DNA of 64,000 nucleotides from a virus (Duplodnaviria; Caudoviricetes): IMG/VR virus record IMGVR_UViG_3300020419_001132; one strand, 5' to 3'. Shown piece by piece: positions 61,273 to 64,000 of this stretch (position 1 is its first letter; each line of letters starts with the position of its first letter). The notes under the pieces were generated by a model. It saw only the letters and a program-made list of their open reading frames with translations, ran no database searches and was not told where the DNA came from. The position numbers and the translations under genes were made by a program.

Positions 61273-61963
61273 CAATTTTAGGAAACAGCATATCAGTGCA
61301 GAACTTATCTACATCGGCTTCGTTAAGTCCTAAACTTTTCATTGTCTTAGGTGTATGCGGATTTTGTTGCTGATTTTCACAATAGTAGTTCTGACATGCT
61401 ATTGTAAAATCTCTATCTCCGTAGCCAGTATATTCAGGTATTTCTTTAAAGTATGCTCTTAAATTATCTACTGCTAAGTCAACAATAGAAGTAGCTTCTT
61501 CTTCTGTTCTTACATTACCTGCGGCGATCATAGAGTCTGAAAAAATATTTTGTGCCCACTCTGGTAATTCTCTTTTTTTACTAGGAATGTAATCTTTGAC
61601 TGCATCTTTATATCCTACTATCATAGGATGATCTTCTCCGCCCGAACTTGCACTAAAATCGTGGAATGCACCAGTCATTTTTTTAGCACCTGCAATAACA
61701 TCGAATCCATATATAGGACCATCATTTGTTAGTTCTGGAAATATACAAACATGCATCATCCAAAGACCTTTAGTCTTTCTAGCATCTACAACATCAATAT
61801 GAGCTCTTCTGATATACTCATTTCTCCAGACACGATTAATCCATCCTCCGTCTGGGTTATTAAAGTAATCTAATCCTGGTTCTTGAAATTCTGTTGCTTG
61901 TTCATCAAAGATTTGAATGATATCGTTTTGGCACTCAATCAGTTTCTTCCATATAATGCTCAA
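61268..61963 (-). CDS. pcyX: Ferredoxin-dependent bilin reductase (PcyX/PcyA group)
   Basis: RRAHIDV, MMHVCIFP, PIYGFDVIAG, AFHDFS, YCENQQQNPHT; directly after a heme oxygenase; subtype is an inference. Confidence 0.8.
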   Translation of the reverse strand: MSIIWKKLIECQNDIIQIFDEQATEFQEPGLDYFNNPDGGWINRVWRNEYIRRAHIDVVDARKTKGLWMMHVCIFPELTNDGPIYGFDVIAGAKKMTGAFHDFSASSGGEDHPMIVGYKDAVKDYIPSKKRELPEWAQNIFSDSMIAAGNVRTEEEATSIVDLAVDNLRAYFKEIPEYTGYGDRDFTIACQNYYCENQQQNPHTPKTMKSLGLNEADVDKFCTDMLFPKIA

Positions 61964-62510
61964 TATCTAACTCCATCATTTCTTGAAATACTTTAGTAGC
62001 TGACATAAACGCGAACTGAGCTTCGTCTACCATGCCGTCATTTGTTCTATCTCTAATTGTGTCTTTAATTTCTTTAAGTGGAACATCAGTATCGAATTCA
62101 TACATACGTCCTTGTCCTGGAACTTTACGTTTAATCATTTGTCCGCCACTTAGATCTCCCATATGATATGTGTATACATGTGCCATAATAGAGTCTGGAT
62201 CATGCATTACGTCTTTCATATGCATAATATATTCATTTGTTGCATTTAGTATCACAGGTGGGCTGTCTTCGTTGGTCCATAATTCTAAGAAATCTTCTTC
62301 AATACGCATTTTTCTTTTTATGTCTGGCATTCCGTCTAACAATCCATGTGTGTTTGCCAGTGCTTCTAGTAGATCATATTTTTTATGTTGATTCCATAAA
62401 AACGTTGCGTAAAATTTAGGATTAATCTTTCCACTTAGTAAGACTTTAACAAATGCTTGGCGTTCAGCATCTTTATGATGCTCCCAAGTAAGTTCTTTTA
62501 AATTGCTCAT
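61935..62510 (-). CDS. hemO: Heme oxygenase
   Basis: LKELTWEHHKDAE (proximal His) and AHVYTYHMGDLSGGQMI. Confidence 0.92.
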   Translation of the reverse strand: MSNLKELTWEHHKDAERQAFVKVLLSGKINPKFYATFLWNQHKKYDLLEALANTHGLLDGMPDIKRKMRIEEDFLELWTNEDSPPVILNATNEYIMHMKDVMHDPDSIMAHVYTYHMGDLSGGQMIKRKVPGQGRMYEFDTDVPLKEIKDTIRDRTNDGMVDEAQFAFMSATKVFQEMMELDIEHYMEETD

Positions 62511-62520
62511 GTAAAACCTT

Positions 62521-62832
62521 TTATGCTTTTTCTATCTTGATATTTAGTGGGAAGCCTGAATTTCTTGATAACAAAGTGGCTTCTGTACCTTTTTGTTCTG
62601 CAATTTCAAAGGAAAATGTTCCAGCTATTCCACTTCCATCAGTATGTATGTCTAATGTAAGTTTTTCAGCTGTCTCTCTGCTATGTCTAAATACACCCAT
62701 TAATACTTCTATTACAAATTCCATAGGTGTGTGATCATCGTTCAATAGAACCACATTCCATTTACCTGGCTCGATTACAATACGTTCGATCTTTTCGTCT
62801 AATTTAACTTCTGTGTCTGTTGCTACTGTCAT
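62521..62832 (-). CDS. clpS: N-degron adaptor ClpS
   Basis: VVLLNDDHTPMEFVI, LDIHTDG, FPL. Confidence 0.93.
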   Translation of the reverse strand: MTVATDTEVKLDEKIERIVIEPGKWNVVLLNDDHTPMEFVIEVLMGVFRHSRETAEKLTLDIHTDGSGIAGTFSFEIAEQKGTEATLLSRNSGFPLNIKIEKA

Positions 62833-62848
62833 AATAAATCCTTTATTA

Positions 62849-62874
62849 GTTTAGGGGGACCAAGCCCCCTAAAC
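62849..62874. other. Strong hairpin between hsp20 and clpS
   Basis: GTTTAGGGGG-accaag-CCCCCTAAAC; no U-tract on the minus strand. Confidence 0.7.
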
Positions 62875-62884
62875 ATTTCCCTAA

Positions 62885-63340
62885 TTAACCTTCGATAGTT
62901 GGACCTGTATTGATCTCAATTTTCTTTGGTTTCATTTCCTCAGGAACATTTCTAACTAGATGTACGTTTAACATACCATTCTCTAGTCTTGCTGATTTAA
63001 CATCAACATGTTCTGCAAGAGTAAATTCTCTTACAAAGTTTCTTCCTGCGATACCTCTATGGACGTAGTTTACGTCTTCATCACCCTTAGGTGTGTTACC
63101 TTCAATTTTAAGAACATCTTTGTCCTTTTCAATTGAAAGGTTATCCATACTAAAGCCAGCAACTGCTAATGAGACCATAAATTCGTCATCATTTAGTTTT
63201 GCTATATTGTATGGGGGATATCCGCCAGATCCATTTGAAGGACTATTTTCAAATACTCTGTCCATTTGATCGAACAGATTATCAAATCCAATAAATTGTC
63301 TGTGGAATGTGGGAAGGTTTAGTGTAGTTAGTCTTGTCAT
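62885..63340 (-). CDS. hsp20: Small heat-shock protein (Hsp20/IbpA-like)
   Basis: GYPPYNI, LAVAGF, VHRGIAGRNF, ARLENGML; start moved to ATG 63340 (AAAGGAG SD). Confidence 0.93.
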   Translation of the reverse strand: MTRLTTLNLPTFHRQFIGFDNLFDQMDRVFENSPSNGSGGYPPYNIAKLNDDEFMVSLAVAGFSMDNLSIEKDKDVLKIEGNTPKGDEDVNYVHRGIAGRNFVREFTLAEHVDVKSARLENGMLNVHLVRNVPEEMKPKKIEINTGPTIEG

Positions 63341-63420
63341 TGTTTTCTCCTTTATAAGCAAGTTAACATATTTGGGCTCATGCCCTGTTAAAAATACCCA
63401 ACCCTTGGCATATCCTTAAC
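63341..63420 (-). promoter_or_regulatory. Candidate ROSE-like RNA thermometer
   Basis: CUUGCU just 5' of the AAAGGAG SD of hsp20. Confidence 0.5.
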
Positions 63421-63425
63421 ACTTT

Positions 63426-63433
63426 TATTTATC
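63426..63433 (-). promoter_or_regulatory. T4-late-like promoter GATAAATA
   Basis: Upstream of the hsp20 leader. Confidence 0.55.
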
Positions 63434-63437
63434 CCTC

Positions 63438-64000
63438 TTATACATCAAAGGGAGTAAATATCTGGTTTACTTGTTGTGTACAACGTACAAATGTTGTGCA
63501 TTTAGACATATCTTTTAGCCTTCTAGCACCAATATATGTGCATGTAGATCGTACACCACCTAAAATTTCTGTTAATGTGTCTGTAACTTCACCTTTATAT
63601 GGAATAGAAACAACCTTACCTTCTGCTCCTCTATAACCATCTTTTCGTGTTCCATGTGTAGCCATAGCCGCATCTGAACTCATTCCGTAAAATTGAACAA
63701 AACTCTGTTCGGCAAAATGTGGGACATAAGTTCCACTTTCTGCTTTGAATGCTCCTCCAGTAGCAGTATGCTTTGTTATAATATCACCGCCACCTTCTTT
63801 GTGTCCTGCTAACATTCCACCAAGCATTACAAAATGAGCTCCTGCTCCAAATGCTTTACTAACATCTCCAGGATATACACATCCTCCATCAGCAATCATA
63901 TGTCCGCCTATACCATTAGCCGCATCAGCACATTCAATTATTCCTGAGAGTTGTGGTACTCCTACTCCGGTCATCAAACGTGTAGTACAAACACTACCTG
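63438..64000 (-). CDS. guaC: GMP reductase, C-terminal part (starts outside window)
   Basis: GSVCTTR catalytic Cys motif, [32 protein letters not shown]. Confidence 0.9.
   Translation of the reverse strand, partial: GSVCTTRLMTGVGVPQLSGIIECADAANGIGGHMIADGGCVYPGDVSKAFGAGAHFVMLGGMLAGHKEGGGDIITKHTATGGAFKAESGTYVPHFAEQSFVQFYGMSSDAAMATHGTRKDGYRGAEGKVVSIPYKGEVTDTLTEILGGVRSTCTYIGARRLKDMSKCTTFVRCTQQVNQIFTPFDV

Noticed and set aside
80-62734. Numerous plus-strand ORFs in the ORF track (e.g. 798-1115, 1449-1769, 11156-11590, 48788-49408)
   Set aside because: They are antisense shadows of well-supported minus-strand genes, lacking SD/promoter support and recognisable motifs
62849-62874. Intrinsic terminator after hsp20
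   Set aside because: There is no U-tract on the coding strand and the clpS SD follows within a few nt; kept only as a hairpin
1-64000. Stop-codon reassignment as in some large phages
   Set aside because: Conserved genes (clpA, thyX, ligase, clpP) are full length in the standard code, TAA, TGA and TAG all end genes, and the tRNA is an ordinary Trp(CCA)
1-64000. Mobile elements, introns, inteins or homing endonucleases
   Set aside because: No transposase, integrase, HNH, GIY-YIG or LAGLIDADG motifs were seen, and core genes are uninterrupted

Overview
This 64 kb window is a densely coding, AT-rich segment of a large T4-related (jumbo-type) myovirus genome, almost entirely on the minus strand and read with the standard genetic code. 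The host is probably a marine alphaproteobacterium; this is inferred from the FdxA-type ferredoxin, BI-1/YccA, pseudoazurin, a CoxIV-like peptide and hemO-pcyX. From left to right it contains: head-associated proteins; clpA and dnaJ; a secreted module with a 15x Cys-repeat protein; a lysis cassette (GH19 endolysin, overlapped spanins, holin candidates, a mini-MscS-like gene); phoH, thyX, fdxA and a clamp loader; a flavin halogenase with 2OG-Fe oxygenases; MazG, a HAD phosphatase, GroES and a stand-alone DnaE fragment; a baseplate/tail block (Ig-repeat wedge, S8 protease, 3252-aa fibre); iscA, uvsE, queD and glycosyltransferases; DNA ligase; a small plus-strand operon with a structured leader; tRNA-Trp; an early block (clpP, peptidases, pseudoazurin); and an hsp20-clpS-hemO-pcyX run followed by a partial guaC. 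Two promoter classes are readable: sigma70 (TTGACA-N17-TATAAT) and T4-late-like (nnTAAATA), many placed so that transcripts would be leaderless. The most striking hypothesis is that the giant tail protein carries two phycobiliprotein-like CxRDxG segments in a genome that also encodes phycobilin synthesis, suggesting a possibly chromophorylated virion. All family assignments come from motif recognition by eye; no database searches were run.
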